The translations under genes and the position numbers were made by a program. Of a stretch of DNA of 64,000 nucleotides, positions 35,906-45,015 are shown piece after piece (within the stretch, counting starts at the first letter, position 1; each line of letters begins with the position of its first letter). Source of the stretch: Candidatus Nomurabacteria bacterium (GTDB taxonomy: Bacteria > Patescibacteriota > Minisyncoccia > Phycocordibacterales > JACOZG01); the NCBI GenBank assembly GCA_020847275.1, contig JADLCI010000007.1:27814-91813 (forward strand), written 5' to 3'. The notes beneath the pieces are model-generated. The model saw nothing but the letters and a program-made list of their open reading frames with translations, did not search any database and was not told where the DNA came from.

Positions 35906-38029
35906 TTGCTTGAATTATCTATTATTGATATGGCACTAAATAAAATCTTTTCTTTGGCCGTCATTTCTGGTCTCTTCTTGCTTCTGCTAACGCCGTTGCT
36001 AATCTCTCGCTCGCTCCTCTTTCCATTCATCACAGGGAAGGCTTTCTTTTTTAGGATATTGATTGAGGTTGTTTTTTTTCTCTGGATCGTGCTTCTGTGG
36101 CGTGAGCCAACCTATCGCCCAAGAAAGTCTTGGTTGCTTTTGAGTGTTGTCGGGTTGGTCGCGGTAAGTGCTCTAGCGACAATTTTTGGTCAGAATCCTT
36201 ATCACAGCTTCTGGTCCAATTTTGAACGGATGGACGGGCTGATCAGTTATCTTCATTTGTCTGCTTACTTTTTGGTTATCGCAAGCACATTTAGAACAGA
36301 AAAGATCTGGCAGTGGTTTTTTCATTCATCAATTGGCGTTAGTTTGGTCGTTGCGTTTTATTCGCTCGCTCAAATTGCCGGTGCCATACCGATTAGTCAG
36401 GGGCGTTTGGACTCAACGCTTGGTAATGCGATTTATCTGGCTGTCTATATGCTTTTTCATGTTTTTCTAACGACCTTTCTTCTCGTTAAGCATTGGCGGC
36501 ATTTTTGGTTACGGTTTGTTTATGTCCCTATTATAATTTTACAGACTTTTATTCTTTATAAAACAGCGACAAGGGGGGCCATCATCGGTTTTTTGGTCGG
36601 CATTGGAGTTTCAACCCTGCTTATTATGATCAAGAAATGGTCGGACAGGAGGATTCGTGTGATCACTCTTGGTGTAGTTGGGGCCTTCGTTTTACTGGTT
36701 GGCGGTTTCTGGTTTAGTCGCCATTCCGATTTTGTCGTCAAGAGTCCGGTTCTTTCTCGCTTTGCCAGCATTTCCCTTACTGACGCCACGACGGATTCTC
36801 GTCTGACTATCTGGCAGATGAGCCTACGTGGATTCCGCGAGCATCCAATTCTTGGTTGGGGCCCAGAAAACTATAACTTGGTTTTTAATAAATATTTTGA
36901 ACCAAAGCTCTGGCGACAGGAACAATGGTTTGACCGTTCGCACAATATTTTCTTAGATTGGATGATTGATGCGGGTGTTCTTGGCCTACTTTCATATCTA
37001 TCACTTTTTGTCACGGCAATCTATTATCTCTGGCGGTCTCGTCAAACGGTGATAATTAAGAGTTTGTTTACTGGTCTTCTCGTGGCTTATTTGGTCAATA
37101 ATTTCTTTGCCTTCGACAATCTCACAAGTTATCTAGTTTTCTTTTCTTTTCTGGCGTATTTGCATTATCTGAACTTCTCGGAAGATGCTGTGGCTGTTGG
37201 TAAGTTTTCAAGGTACTTATCATGGAACAATGGTCACACGGCGGGGGTGATTATTTTGGTTTTCCTGCTCTCTGGGTCACTTTATTATTTCAACCTCCGA
37301 CCAATTTCGGCTAGCACGACGCTGATTCAGGCTATTGGTGATAGTGGTTCTGGTCTTCAACCAGAAAATGTGGCGAGTAGAAGACTGGCTTTGTTTAAGA
37401 AGGTTTTTGCTGCGGGGACTTTTGCTAATCGTGAAAGTACAGAACAACTTTTTGGCCAGGTGATGAATATTGTTGGTAACCCCATTGTTTCGGACACAAC
37501 TAAACAAGAGTTTGTTAACCTAACAGTTGATGAGATGAAGAAAGAAATTAAGACGGCCCCGGAAGATGCTCGTGCACATCTCTTGCTTGGCTCGATGTTG
37601 GTAAATATTGGAAAGTTTCCTGATGCTTTACCGGTTCTTGTTCGAGCAAGTGAGTTGTCGCCCAAAAAACAAACAATTCGTTTTCAACTCGCATCGGCCT
37701 ATTTGAACAGTGGCGAAAAAAAGAAAGCATTGGATATTGCCGAAGAAACCTTCCGTTTGGATGAGAATTTTCCAGAAGCAAGAAAATTATATGCGCTTAT
37801 TGCTCTCTACAACAATGATATTAAGTTGGCGAACGCTTTACTCGAGTCGTTTGTGACCTCTTTTCCGTCAGAACTTTTAGACGAGAGACTGGTACAAGCT
37901 TATGGAGTTGTTCGTGATGCAAATTCTTTGGGTCTTTTGTGGCAGAGAGCGGTTCAGCGTGACCCACTGTTCGAGCAAGATGTTAATACTTTTTTAGTGA
38001 GACTCAGGAAAGAGGGTGTTATTGAGTAA
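35906..38029 (+). CDS. O-antigen ligase/polymerase family membrane protein (Wzy_C-like) with C-terminal TPR repeats
   Basis: About 12 TM helices are followed by TPR-like repeats (ASAYLNSGEKKKALDIAEETFRLDENFPEARKLYA). Confidence 0.72.
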   Translation: MLELSIIDMALNKIFSLAVISGLFLLLLTPLLISRSLLFPFITGKAFFFRILIEVVFFLWIVLLWREPTYRPRKSWLLLSVVGLVAVSALATIFGQNPYHSFWSNFERMDGLISYLHLSAYFLVIASTFRTEKIWQWFFHSSIGVSLVVAFYSLAQIAGAIPISQGRLDSTLGNAIYLAVYMLFHVFLTTFLLVKHWRHFWLRFVYVPIIILQTFILYKTATRGAIIGFLVGIGVSTLLIMIKKWSDRRIRVITLGVVGAFVLLVGGFWFSRHSDFVVKSPVLSRFASISLTDATTDSRLTIWQMSLRGFREHPILGWGPENYNLVFNKYFEPKLWRQEQWFDRSHNIFLDWMIDAGVLGLLSYLSLFVTAIYYLWRSRQTVIIKSLFTGLLVAYLVNNFFAFDNLTSYLVFFSFLAYLHYLNFSEDAVAVGKFSRYLSWNNGHTAGVIILVFLLSGSLYYFNLRPISASTTLIQAIGDSGSGLQPENVASRRLALFKKVFAAGTFANRESTEQLFGQVMNIVGNPIVSDTTKQEFVNLTVDEMKKEIKTAPEDARAHLLLGSMLVNIGKFPDALPVLVRASELSPKKQTIRFQLASAYLNSGEKKKALDIAEETFRLDENFPEARKLYALIALYNNDIKLANALLESFVTSFPSELLDERLVQAYGVVRDANSLGLLWQRAVQRDPLFEQDVNTFLVRLRKEGVIE

Positions 38030-38206
38030 GTCATATTTGACTTTTGGGATCAGTTTCGATAAACTACTTTTTGTGGGTGCGATGTTGGCTTCGGTCAGCA
38101 CTGCTCCGCTAAATGTAAATGTCTGCGTAAGTCCCGTCCAGCTTTATTGTTGCGACGGGATTTGCGTGTCCATTGGTTTCATAATAAACTAAAAAAAGTT
38201 TATGCC

Positions 38207-38277
38207 CAGTTGTGGTCAGCGGTCGCACTCACATAGACATTTAGTTTTTTGGAGACAGCACCCGCTGACCACAACTG
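38207..38277. repeat. Perfect 16-bp inverted repeat (stem) with a 39-nt loop in the secA upstream region
   Basis: CAGTTGTGGTCAGCGG at 38207-38222 and its exact reverse complement CCGCTGACCACAACTG at 38262-38277. Confidence 0.8.
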
Positions 38278-38423
38278 AGTGGAAACATTTTTTGAAAAAG
38301 TTATCCACATTTTTCTGAAAAAGTAATTGTATCGCGCACATTTTTGTCCGATAATTATATGGAAGAACAACAACCAGTAGTCGAGGATGTTGTATTAGCT
38401 TTTAAAAATAATTTTTACGGTTC

Positions 38424-38519
38424 ATGAAGAAAAAGAAAAAAGCGGTAGCAAAGAAGCGCAAGACCACGAAGCGCAAGACCACGAAGAAGGCGACGAAGAG
38501 AAAGAAATCTCGCCGATAG
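38424..38519 (+). CDS. Candidate micro-ORF encoding a 31-aa extremely basic Lys/Arg-rich peptide
   Basis: Translates to MKKKKKAVAKKRKTTKRKTTKKATKRKKSRR. It contains a 15-nt tandem repeat (GCGCAAGACCACGAA twice). No obvious SD is present. It is shorter than the ORF-track cutoff. Confidence 0.3.
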   Translation: MKKKKKAVAKKRKTTKRKTTKKATKRKKSRR

Positions 38520-38566
38520 TCTTGTAATTGTTTTTTCGCTTCAAAAAAGGCATAATGCTATGCATT

Positions 38567-40966
38567 ATGCCTTTTTGGTCGAAAATTTTCGGAGATCAGA
38601 GTACTGGTTATATTAAGACACTTGGGCCGATTGTTGCGCGCATTAATGAGTTGGAGGCGGAATTTTCCACGCTTGATTTAGCTGGTTTCCCTTCAAAAAC
38701 TGCCGCTTTTAGGCAGCGCCTCACTGACGGGGAAACTTTAGATGATCTTTTACCAGAAGCGTTTGCGTTGGTGCGGGAAGCGTCTCGTCGTACTCTCAAT
38801 CAGCGTCATTACGATGTTCAGTTGCTTGGAGGGGTAATTCTTCATCAGGGTAAAATTGCTGAAATGAAAACTGGTGAAGGTAAGACTTTGGTTTCTACAC
38901 TGCCAGCTTATCTAAACGCGCTCACCGGACGCGGGGTTCATTTGGTGACAGTTAATGATTATCTCTCTCGGCGTGATGCTGTTTGGATGGGACAGATCTA
39001 TGCTGCCCTGGGGTTATCGGTTGGCGTTATCAATCATGAGACCTCTTTTCTCTACGACCCAGGACATAAGGAGGTAGACGAGAAAAGAGATGCAGAAGGT
39101 TTGTTTCGAGTTTTTTATGAATTCTTAAAACCGTGTTCAAGGCGTGAAGCTTACGCTGCGGATATTACTTACGGGACCAACAATGAGTTTGGTTTTGACT
39201 ATCTGCGTGACAACCTATCTCGTAACCCTGAACAGGTGTCACAGATTAGTTTACCAGAACGATCATATCACAATTTTGCCATTGTTGACGAAGTGGATTC
39301 TATTCTAATTGACGAAGCACGAACGCCACTCATTATATCCGCACCAGTTGCTGACGCGGATTCTCTCTACATGCAATTTGCTCAAATTGCCAAAGGTTTT
39401 ACTCGTGACACTGATTACACCACTGAAGAGAAGAGTAAGACGATCGCTCTCTTGGATGAGGGAATATCGAGGGCCGAAAAATCTTTGGGAGTAGAAAACA
39501 TCTATACGGATAAGGGTATCAAGTACGTTCATCATTTAGAAACGGCTGTTCGTGCTCAAGCATTGTTTGAACGAGACCGCGATTACGTGGTGCGCGGGGG
39601 TGAGGTGGTGATTGTTGATGAATTCACTGGACGCCTTCAACCTGGGCGACGCTGGAGTGAGGGTTTGCACCAAGCAATCGAAGCCAAGGAGGGCGTGATG
39701 GTGAAGCAAGAATCGAGAACACTAGCCAGCGTTACATTCCAAAATTATTTCAAGCTCTATCGGAAAGTGGCGGGGATGACTGGCACGGCGCTAACTTCTG
39801 CCGAGGAGTTTCTCAGGGTATATGGTTTGGACACAATCGCCGTTCCCACCCATCGATCGAATGCGCGACGCGACCTAAACGATCTAATATTTCAAACCGA
39901 GAAAGGTAAAATTCAGGCAGTGGTGCGGAAAATTAAGGCGATTAATGAGACGGGGCAACCAGTTTTGGTGGGGACGATTTCTATCGAAAAAAACGAAATG
40001 CTCGCGGCTTATCTAAAGCGCGAGGGAATTGCTCACAACCTACTTAATGCTAAAAATAATGAGCAAGAGGGAGCGATTATTGCTGAAGCTGGCCGTCGAG
40101 GGAGTGTTGTCATTGCCACCAACATGGCTGGTCGTGGTGTGGATATTAAGCTCGGTGGACCGAGTGCGAGTGAAATGGAACGCGAAGAGATTAAGAAACT
40201 CGGTGGTTTGTATGTTATTGGAACGGAGAGACATGAGGCCAGACGCATTGATAATCAGCTTCGTGGGCGCGCTGGGCGGCAAGGTGATCCTGGGGTAACC
40301 CAATTTTTTATCTCACTTGAGGATGATCTGGCACGCGTTTTTGCTGCCGAGAGAATTAAGGGCATGATGGGACGGTTTGGCATTCCAGAAGATGAACCAA
40401 TTGAGGCACGTTTGGTCTCGCGGGCAATTGAGGGGGCGCAGGGGAAAATTGAGGGTTTAAATTTTGACGTCCGTAAACATTTGCTTGATTACGATAATGT
40501 TCTAAACCATCAACGCACGACCATTTATGAGCGTCGTCGTCGCCTGCTTTTTGGGGATATTGTTTTTCTTGATGAGTGGCTATTGAATAGCCTTCCAGAA
40601 GCACAAGTACTTGATCAGGAGAAAAAGTTACTTCTTTGCCGAGCAATTTTGCAGGTGATCGATCTAAATTGGTTGGAACATCTGGAGGCGATGGAATATA
40701 TGCGCAGTAGTGTTGGTTTGCGGGCTTATGGTCAGCGTGATCCGTTGGTGGAGTACAAACGCGAGGGCTTAAAAATGTTTAAAGAAATGGAGTCGAATAT
40801 CTTGGAAGAAATCAAACGTCTTCTGCCGAACATTGGTGAAGGTTTCAAGGATGAGGTAACGGTGCCACTTGCGACCGTTGCATCGGGTAATCCCACCGAA
40901 GTTGGACGGAATGACCTCTGCCCCTGTGGCTCTGGTAAAAAATATAAAAAATGTCATGGAAAATAA
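38567..40966 (+). CDS. secA: Preprotein translocase ATPase SecA
   Basis: DEAD-like motor motifs MKTGEGKTLV and DEVDSILIDEARTPLIIS. HWD and scaffold domains. C-terminal zinc-binding tail CPCGSGKKYKKCHGK. An alternative in-frame ATG lies at 38555 and the track start at 38528. Confidence 0.95.
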   Translation: MPFWSKIFGDQSTGYIKTLGPIVARINELEAEFSTLDLAGFPSKTAAFRQRLTDGETLDDLLPEAFALVREASRRTLNQRHYDVQLLGGVILHQGKIAEMKTGEGKTLVSTLPAYLNALTGRGVHLVTVNDYLSRRDAVWMGQIYAALGLSVGVINHETSFLYDPGHKEVDEKRDAEGLFRVFYEFLKPCSRREAYAADITYGTNNEFGFDYLRDNLSRNPEQVSQISLPERSYHNFAIVDEVDSILIDEARTPLIISAPVADADSLYMQFAQIAKGFTRDTDYTTEEKSKTIALLDEGISRAEKSLGVENIYTDKGIKYVHHLETAVRAQALFERDRDYVVRGGEVVIVDEFTGRLQPGRRWSEGLHQAIEAKEGVMVKQESRTLASVTFQNYFKLYRKVAGMTGTALTSAEEFLRVYGLDTIAVPTHRSNARRDLNDLIFQTEKGKIQAVVRKIKAINETGQPVLVGTISIEKNEMLAAYLKREGIAHNLLNAKNNEQEGAIIAEAGRRGSVVIATNMAGRGVDIKLGGPSASEMEREEIKKLGGLYVIGTERHEARRIDNQLRGRAGRQGDPGVTQFFISLEDDLARVFAAERIKGMMGRFGIPEDEPIEARLVSRAIEGAQGKIEGLNFDVRKHLLDYDNVLNHQRTTIYERRRRLLFGDIVFLDEWLLNSLPEAQVLDQEKKLLLCRAILQVIDLNWLEHLEAMEYMRSSVGLRAYGQRDPLVEYKREGLKMFKEMESNILEEIKRLLPNIGEGFKDEVTVPLATVASGNPTEVGRNDLCPCGSGKKYKKCHGK

Positions 40967-41429
40967 ATATCTACACGAAGTAGCTATTACCGCGATAATC
41001 TTGAAGGATGGTAAGTATCTAATCACCAGACGTTCGGTAAATAAGAAACGCTGGCCGGGGATGTGGACGGTGCCGGGCGGTAAACTAGAAACAGGAGACT
41101 ATATTAATTCACCGAAGGATACGCACGGATATTGGTACAATGTTTTAGAAAAAGTTTTACGACGAGAAGTAAAGGAAGAGGTTGGTTTGGAGATCTCTAA
41201 TATCGAGTATCTAACTAGTCTCGCCACAATTCACGAAGGGAATAATCCTTCTCTCGTAATATCATGTATTGCCGACTACGCTGGGGGGGAAGTGGTCTTG
41301 CAGGAGGAAGAGGCAGACCTTTTTTCTTGGGTTAATCTCGATGAGGCCAGGGAATATGAATTAATTGATGGCATCTATGATGAGCTTATTCTCGCCGAGA
41401 ATAGGAGATTGGGTATTAAAAACGAGTAG
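40956..41429 (+). CDS. NUDIX hydrolase
   Basis: Nudix box GGKLETGDY...LRREVKEEVGLEI. The ATG overlaps the secA 3' end by 11 nt. Confidence 0.85.
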   Translation: MENKYLHEVAITAIILKDGKYLITRRSVNKKRWPGMWTVPGGKLETGDYINSPKDTHGYWYNVLEKVLRREVKEEVGLEISNIEYLTSLATIHEGNNPSLVISCIADYAGGEVVLQEEEADLFSWVNLDEAREYELIDGIYDELILAENRRLGIKNE

Positions 41430-41441
41430 TCGCCCGGGGTT

Positions 41442-41470
41442 CTAAAGGACAAGCCGTCCTTGTCCTTTAG
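41442..41470. terminator. Perfect 12-bp hairpin (loop 5 nt) after the NUDIX gene; atypical terminator with no T-tract
   Basis: CTAAAGGACAAG-CCGTC-CTTGTCCTTTAG. Confidence 0.4.
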
Positions 41471-41613
41471 AAAGTGGGCCCAAAAACCGACCGTTTGGTC
41501 TAGGCTTTAGTCTCAGTTACTTGCTTTTTTGGGCTCATTGTGATAGTTGTGAGGGTAGTTATTGCACATTGACTGGCTCTTTTGGTTTGTGAATTCTTTA
41601 TTCAGTTAATTCC

Positions 41614-42987
41614 ATGTCCACAAAGAGCTGTCGTCTAGCGACAATTACTCCAATTGTGATTACCCTAGCTTTGCTCGGGTTCTTTTTCGTGGCAGGAACT
41701 CGTTCGGTAGGTGCCGAGGAAATTGTAACGGAAACTGTATCTGAGGTTAAGGAAATTGTGATTGAGGAGGAAAACACAGTGATCGAAACAATACCGGCGC
41801 CGATAATCGAAGAGATAAAGGTCGAGGCAGAAGACGCTACTGCGACTGAAGAAACAGCGACTGACACCGGTGACTCAGACCAGAGTCCGGTGACAGAGGT
41901 TATTCCCGAAACTATTGTCGAGACTGGTTTGCCTGCCGGCCCTGTTTCTGAGGTCACAACAGTAGTGTCGTCACTTGCTATTAGTGACGAGTTCGGTGGT
42001 AATTCGGCGGGTGTTACTAGTTCTAGTTCTGGTGGTGGACTCGCAATCAGTGACGAATTTGGCGGTAGTTCATCCATTCCTGCAGTATCTGAGGGGTCGT
42101 TTACTACCGGTAGTACGAGTGAAGGGACTTTCAGTACAACATCTCTGGGTGAAAATACCTTCACGACGCTATCTAACGGCGGTGAGCCTGGCTGTACTGT
42201 AAATTGCGGCGGTGGTGGAGGAGGAGGAAGTACTGGAGGCAATCGTAGTGGTGGTGGCTTCGTGCCCGCATCTACGATAACGGTTGTGCCATCACCTTGT
42301 CCTCTCTATCTCAAGGAGTTCATTCGTCTTGGACAAACAAATGATTCATTTGAGGTGCGCAAGCTTCAGGCTTTCTTGAATGTTTTCATGGGGGAAAGTT
42401 TACCAATCACCGGATTCTATAGTCAGGCGGACTTTGAGGCGGTGTCACGAATGCAAGCTCGGTATTTGTCAGATGTCCTAACTCCATGGGGGATTGATGA
42501 ATCTACCGGCTACGTCTTTATTACTACTCGTCTGGCGATTAACAATATTTATTGCAACCGTAGCACCGCCAATGATCTTGATTTGCGGAACTATTATCCA
42601 GAAATTGGTGGCGAAATTACTTTGAATCAAACTGACGAGCCGTCTGGTTTGGTGCTTGGTGTCGAGGGGGGAGATTTTGTCGCCACGTCCAGTCTGGCTG
42701 TTGCTACCAGTTCGAATATTTTCCAAACCGCGATGGTTGGTTTACTTAATTTTTTCAAACTTAATCCGGGTAGTGTTCTAGTTAGCTTACTTTCTCTGGC
42801 CATTCTTTTCATGTTTTTCCTTGTTTGGAAGCTTAGCGGTTACGATGATACAAAGGAACCAGAATCTGATGATTTCTGGCCACCGGTCGGTGGTGAGCCG
42901 GAGGAAGAGGTTATTATTGAAGATGATATGAACTCAGAACTTGATACCTCGGACGAAGATCCTACCCAACCGCCATTGACAGTATAG
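41614..42987 (+). CDS. Acidic low-complexity surface protein with N-terminal signal/TM, Gly-rich region and C-terminal TM anchor
   Basis: N-terminal hydrophobic segment ITPIVITLALLGFFFVAG. Glu/Thr/Ser-rich repeats such as AISDEFGG. A GGGGGGSTGG tract. C-terminal helix LLSLAILFMFFLVW and an acidic tail. Confidence 0.55.
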   Translation: MSTKSCRLATITPIVITLALLGFFFVAGTRSVGAEEIVTETVSEVKEIVIEEENTVIETIPAPIIEEIKVEAEDATATEETATDTGDSDQSPVTEVIPETIVETGLPAGPVSEVTTVVSSLAISDEFGGNSAGVTSSSSGGGLAISDEFGGSSSIPAVSEGSFTTGSTSEGTFSTTSLGENTFTTLSNGGEPGCTVNCGGGGGGGSTGGNRSGGGFVPASTITVVPSPCPLYLKEFIRLGQTNDSFEVRKLQAFLNVFMGESLPITGFYSQADFEAVSRMQARYLSDVLTPWGIDESTGYVFITTRLAINNIYCNRSTANDLDLRNYYPEIGGEITLNQTDEPSGLVLGVEGGDFVATSSLAVATSSNIFQTAMVGLLNFFKLNPGSVLVSLLSLAILFMFFLVWKLSGYDDTKEPESDDFWPPVGGEPEEEVIIEDDMNSELDTSDEDPTQPPLTV

Positions 42988-43087
42988 GCTTGTTCTGATA
43001 GATGTTAATTTGATAGGTCTTTGAGTTTGTAAATTGAGTTGTTGAACTAATTAGACCGCTTCGCCGGTCAGAGAGGAGCAGTTTATT

Positions 43088-43867
43088 ATGCTTCAGAGAG
43101 GTTTGTTTGTCTTGGGGGCTGCCGTACTCTGTGGTGGGATGATGGGAACAAGTTGTGGGGTCACTCCTGTTGGCGGCTTCACCAGTGGTCAAGAAGGTTC
43201 TTGCATTGTCAGCCCACTTGGTATTGTCTGTTGGTCTGACGAGGGTCAGACAAATGGGAGCGGGCAACATGGGCCAGTGGTCTCGGGTGGAACAGTTGGT
43301 CCCGATGGTTCAATTACGGTTGTTGCGGATGGGTCGTTGATGTTGGATTGGTCCAGCTTTAACTTCTCTAGTTTCTGGCCAAGCGCAGTTCCACCGTTTC
43401 GTCTCGAGATTGAAGGGCCGAGTGGACTTGTGGTCATCCAACCAGTTTCTGTTGGGAATGGACTTGTATTCATCTGGACACCGAATGTCTCTGGTACATT
43501 TACGATTTGGTTGGTGGATAGAGATGGACGTCGTTTCCAGTTACCACCAATCGTAATTGTGGTACTGGGTGTTGAGCCACCAGCACCCAGTGTTAGTCCT
43601 CTTGCTCTCAGTTTGGTTACTCCGAGCGATGGGGCGACACTGGTTTCTGGGACAACGCAAGTGCCTTTCACCATTGCGGTTTCTGGCGGAACGGGACCCT
43701 ATCAGTTCGTCTTCCATTTTTACGATGGACAGATCATTCCCAGCGTAGGACCAACCGTTTATCGGTCACTGGTTACTACTGGCGGTCAGTTGATGTCTAA
43801 CCTGGTCCGGGTTACCTCTTCGGATGGCCAAGTTCGTGACATCAGTTTCGGTATCCGGGTTAACTGA
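43088..43867 (+). CDS. Secreted hypothetical protein (Ig-like/beta-rich)
   Basis: Signal peptide MLQRGLFVLGAAVLCGGMMG. The protein is Gly/Ser/Thr/Val-rich and beta-strand-like. Confidence 0.5.
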   Translation: MLQRGLFVLGAAVLCGGMMGTSCGVTPVGGFTSGQEGSCIVSPLGIVCWSDEGQTNGSGQHGPVVSGGTVGPDGSITVVADGSLMLDWSSFNFSSFWPSAVPPFRLEIEGPSGLVVIQPVSVGNGLVFIWTPNVSGTFTIWLVDRDGRRFQLPPIVIVVLGVEPPAPSVSPLALSLVTPSDGATLVSGTTQVPFTIAVSGGTGPYQFVFHFYDGQIIPSVGPTVYRSLVTTGGQLMSNLVRVTSSDGQVRDISFGIRVN

Positions 43868-43960
43868 CAAGTATGGGAATCACCAAAGCCGTTCTTTCCA
43901 CCAAGTGTGGGGGAGCGGCTTTTTATAACCCTTGCTTTTTTGCCAGGGATATGATAGTTA

Positions 43961-44863
43961 ATGAGTTATATGAAAAATTATATGATTCGTTTGGTGTTTC
44001 TGGGCCTGGTTTTAGGTGGGCTTGTTAATGTTGGGTATACAGAAGTTTATGCCCAGATGGCCCTAACTTCAGTGATCAATTCTCCAACCGAAGGGCAAAC
44101 TGTTCTTGTCAACCAGCCGTTAACATTTTCTGGTTCGGCGACGGGTGGCAACCCCACTTTCTATGGTTATCTGTGGAATTTTGGGGATGGAACTTTTGCT
44201 GGTGCTACCAATTTTAGTAAAACCTACAACACCGCGGGCCCCAAGACAGTTTCTTTGACGGTCACTGATTTCACTGGCGCTCAAGCGATTACCACACGAC
44301 ACATTATTGTGAACCCCGTTGTTAATCCTGATGCACCGACAGTAGACCTTATGGTGAATGGCGGCAATGGCCCCTTAACTGTTGATACCGGCGCTAGTCC
44401 CACCCTTACCTGGACATCGACGAACGCAACTTCCTGCACTGCCTCCAGTGCTTGGTCTGGGAGTAGGGAATTAAATGGTAGTGAGTCAGTTGGCCCACTT
44501 AGTACCAGCGGTACGTTTGTTTATACGCTTTCTTGTGCTGGCGCAGGAGGGTCAGCTTCCGATAGTGTTACCGTTAATGTTGGTACACCGGGTGGTCCCG
44601 TTACGCCTGTTATCAGTAATATTCAGGTAACGAATGTTACCCAGACGGGAGCCACGATTACCTGGGATACTAATATTTTGGCTGACAGTCGTGTAATCTA
44701 TGATACTGTTTCTCACCCCACACTTGGAACAGCGCCTAACTTTGGTTACGCATTCACTACCGACACTCTCAATGTCAGTCCAAAAGTGACCGCACACTCA
44801 GTGTCTGTCACTGGTCTTACACCCAATACCCAGTATTTTTTCCGAGTACTGTCCCAATCATAA
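43961..44863 (+). CDS. Secreted protein with PKD domain and a fibronectin-III-like C-terminal domain
   Basis: Signal/TM MIRLVFLGLVLGGLVNV. PKD motif GYLWNFGDGTFAGATNFSKTYNTAGPKTVSLTVTD. Fn3-like segment ITWDTNILADSRVIYD...TPNTQYFFRV. Confidence 0.65.
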   Translation: MSYMKNYMIRLVFLGLVLGGLVNVGYTEVYAQMALTSVINSPTEGQTVLVNQPLTFSGSATGGNPTFYGYLWNFGDGTFAGATNFSKTYNTAGPKTVSLTVTDFTGAQAITTRHIIVNPVVNPDAPTVDLMVNGGNGPLTVDTGASPTLTWTSTNATSCTASSAWSGSRELNGSESVGPLSTSGTFVYTLSCAGAGGSASDSVTVNVGTPGGPVTPVISNIQVTNVTQTGATITWDTNILADSRVIYDTVSHPTLGTAPNFGYAFTTDTLNVSPKVTAHSVSVTGLTPNTQYFFRVLSQS

Positions 44864-44890
44864 ACTGTTGTAATTTGTCTGATTTTGGGA

Positions 44891-44945
44891 GAAAATAGCG
44901 CTGATGTTGTTTATTCAAGTCAGCGCTATTTTCTTGTCACTTTTG
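44891..44945 (+). terminator. Rho-independent terminator (14-bp perfect stem, T-rich tail)
   Basis: GAAAATAGCGCTGA at 44891-44904 pairs with TCAGCGCTATTTTC at 44920-44933, followed by TTGTCACTTTTGG. Confidence 0.7.
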
Positions 44946-45015
44946 GTTATTATCGGCCTAATTTACGGTTACGCCCACCATTTTTAATTTTAAAAAAAAT
45001 GTTCCCCTTGGGAAG

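Noticed and set aside
35718-35939. 73-aa + strand ORF spanning the ABC transporter 3' end and the following intergenic gap
   Set aside because: It overlaps the well-supported ABC exporter frame and has no motif or RBS. It is likely a spurious read-through frame.
38154-38166. 13-nt identity (GACGGGATTTGCG) to the 5' region of E. coli tmRNA, recalled from memory
   Set aside because: No tRNA-like acceptor or T-arm (GGTTCGA-type) and no tag-peptide reading frame are found nearby on either strand. The segment is the 3' half of a local hairpin (TCCCGTC/GACGGGA). It is most likely a chance match.
38528-38566. Upstream extension of secA to the track start at 38528 (MFFRFKKGIMLCI...)
   Set aside because: The SecA N-terminus conventionally begins near the (L/F)xKIFG motif. 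The ATG at 38567 (MPFWSKIFGD) fits this, and the extension lacks any sequence support. An alternative in-frame ATG at 38555 remains possible.
41598-42242. 214-aa proline-rich - strand ORF (PPVLPPPPPPP...)
   Set aside because: It is entirely antisense to the Gly/Ser/Thr-rich region of the + strand surface-protein gene. The GGN Gly codons read as CCN Pro on the other strand, which makes it a low-complexity mirror artefact.
44999-45001. ATG at 44999 as the murB start
   Set aside because: It is out of frame with the MurB ORF and terminates after 6 codons.
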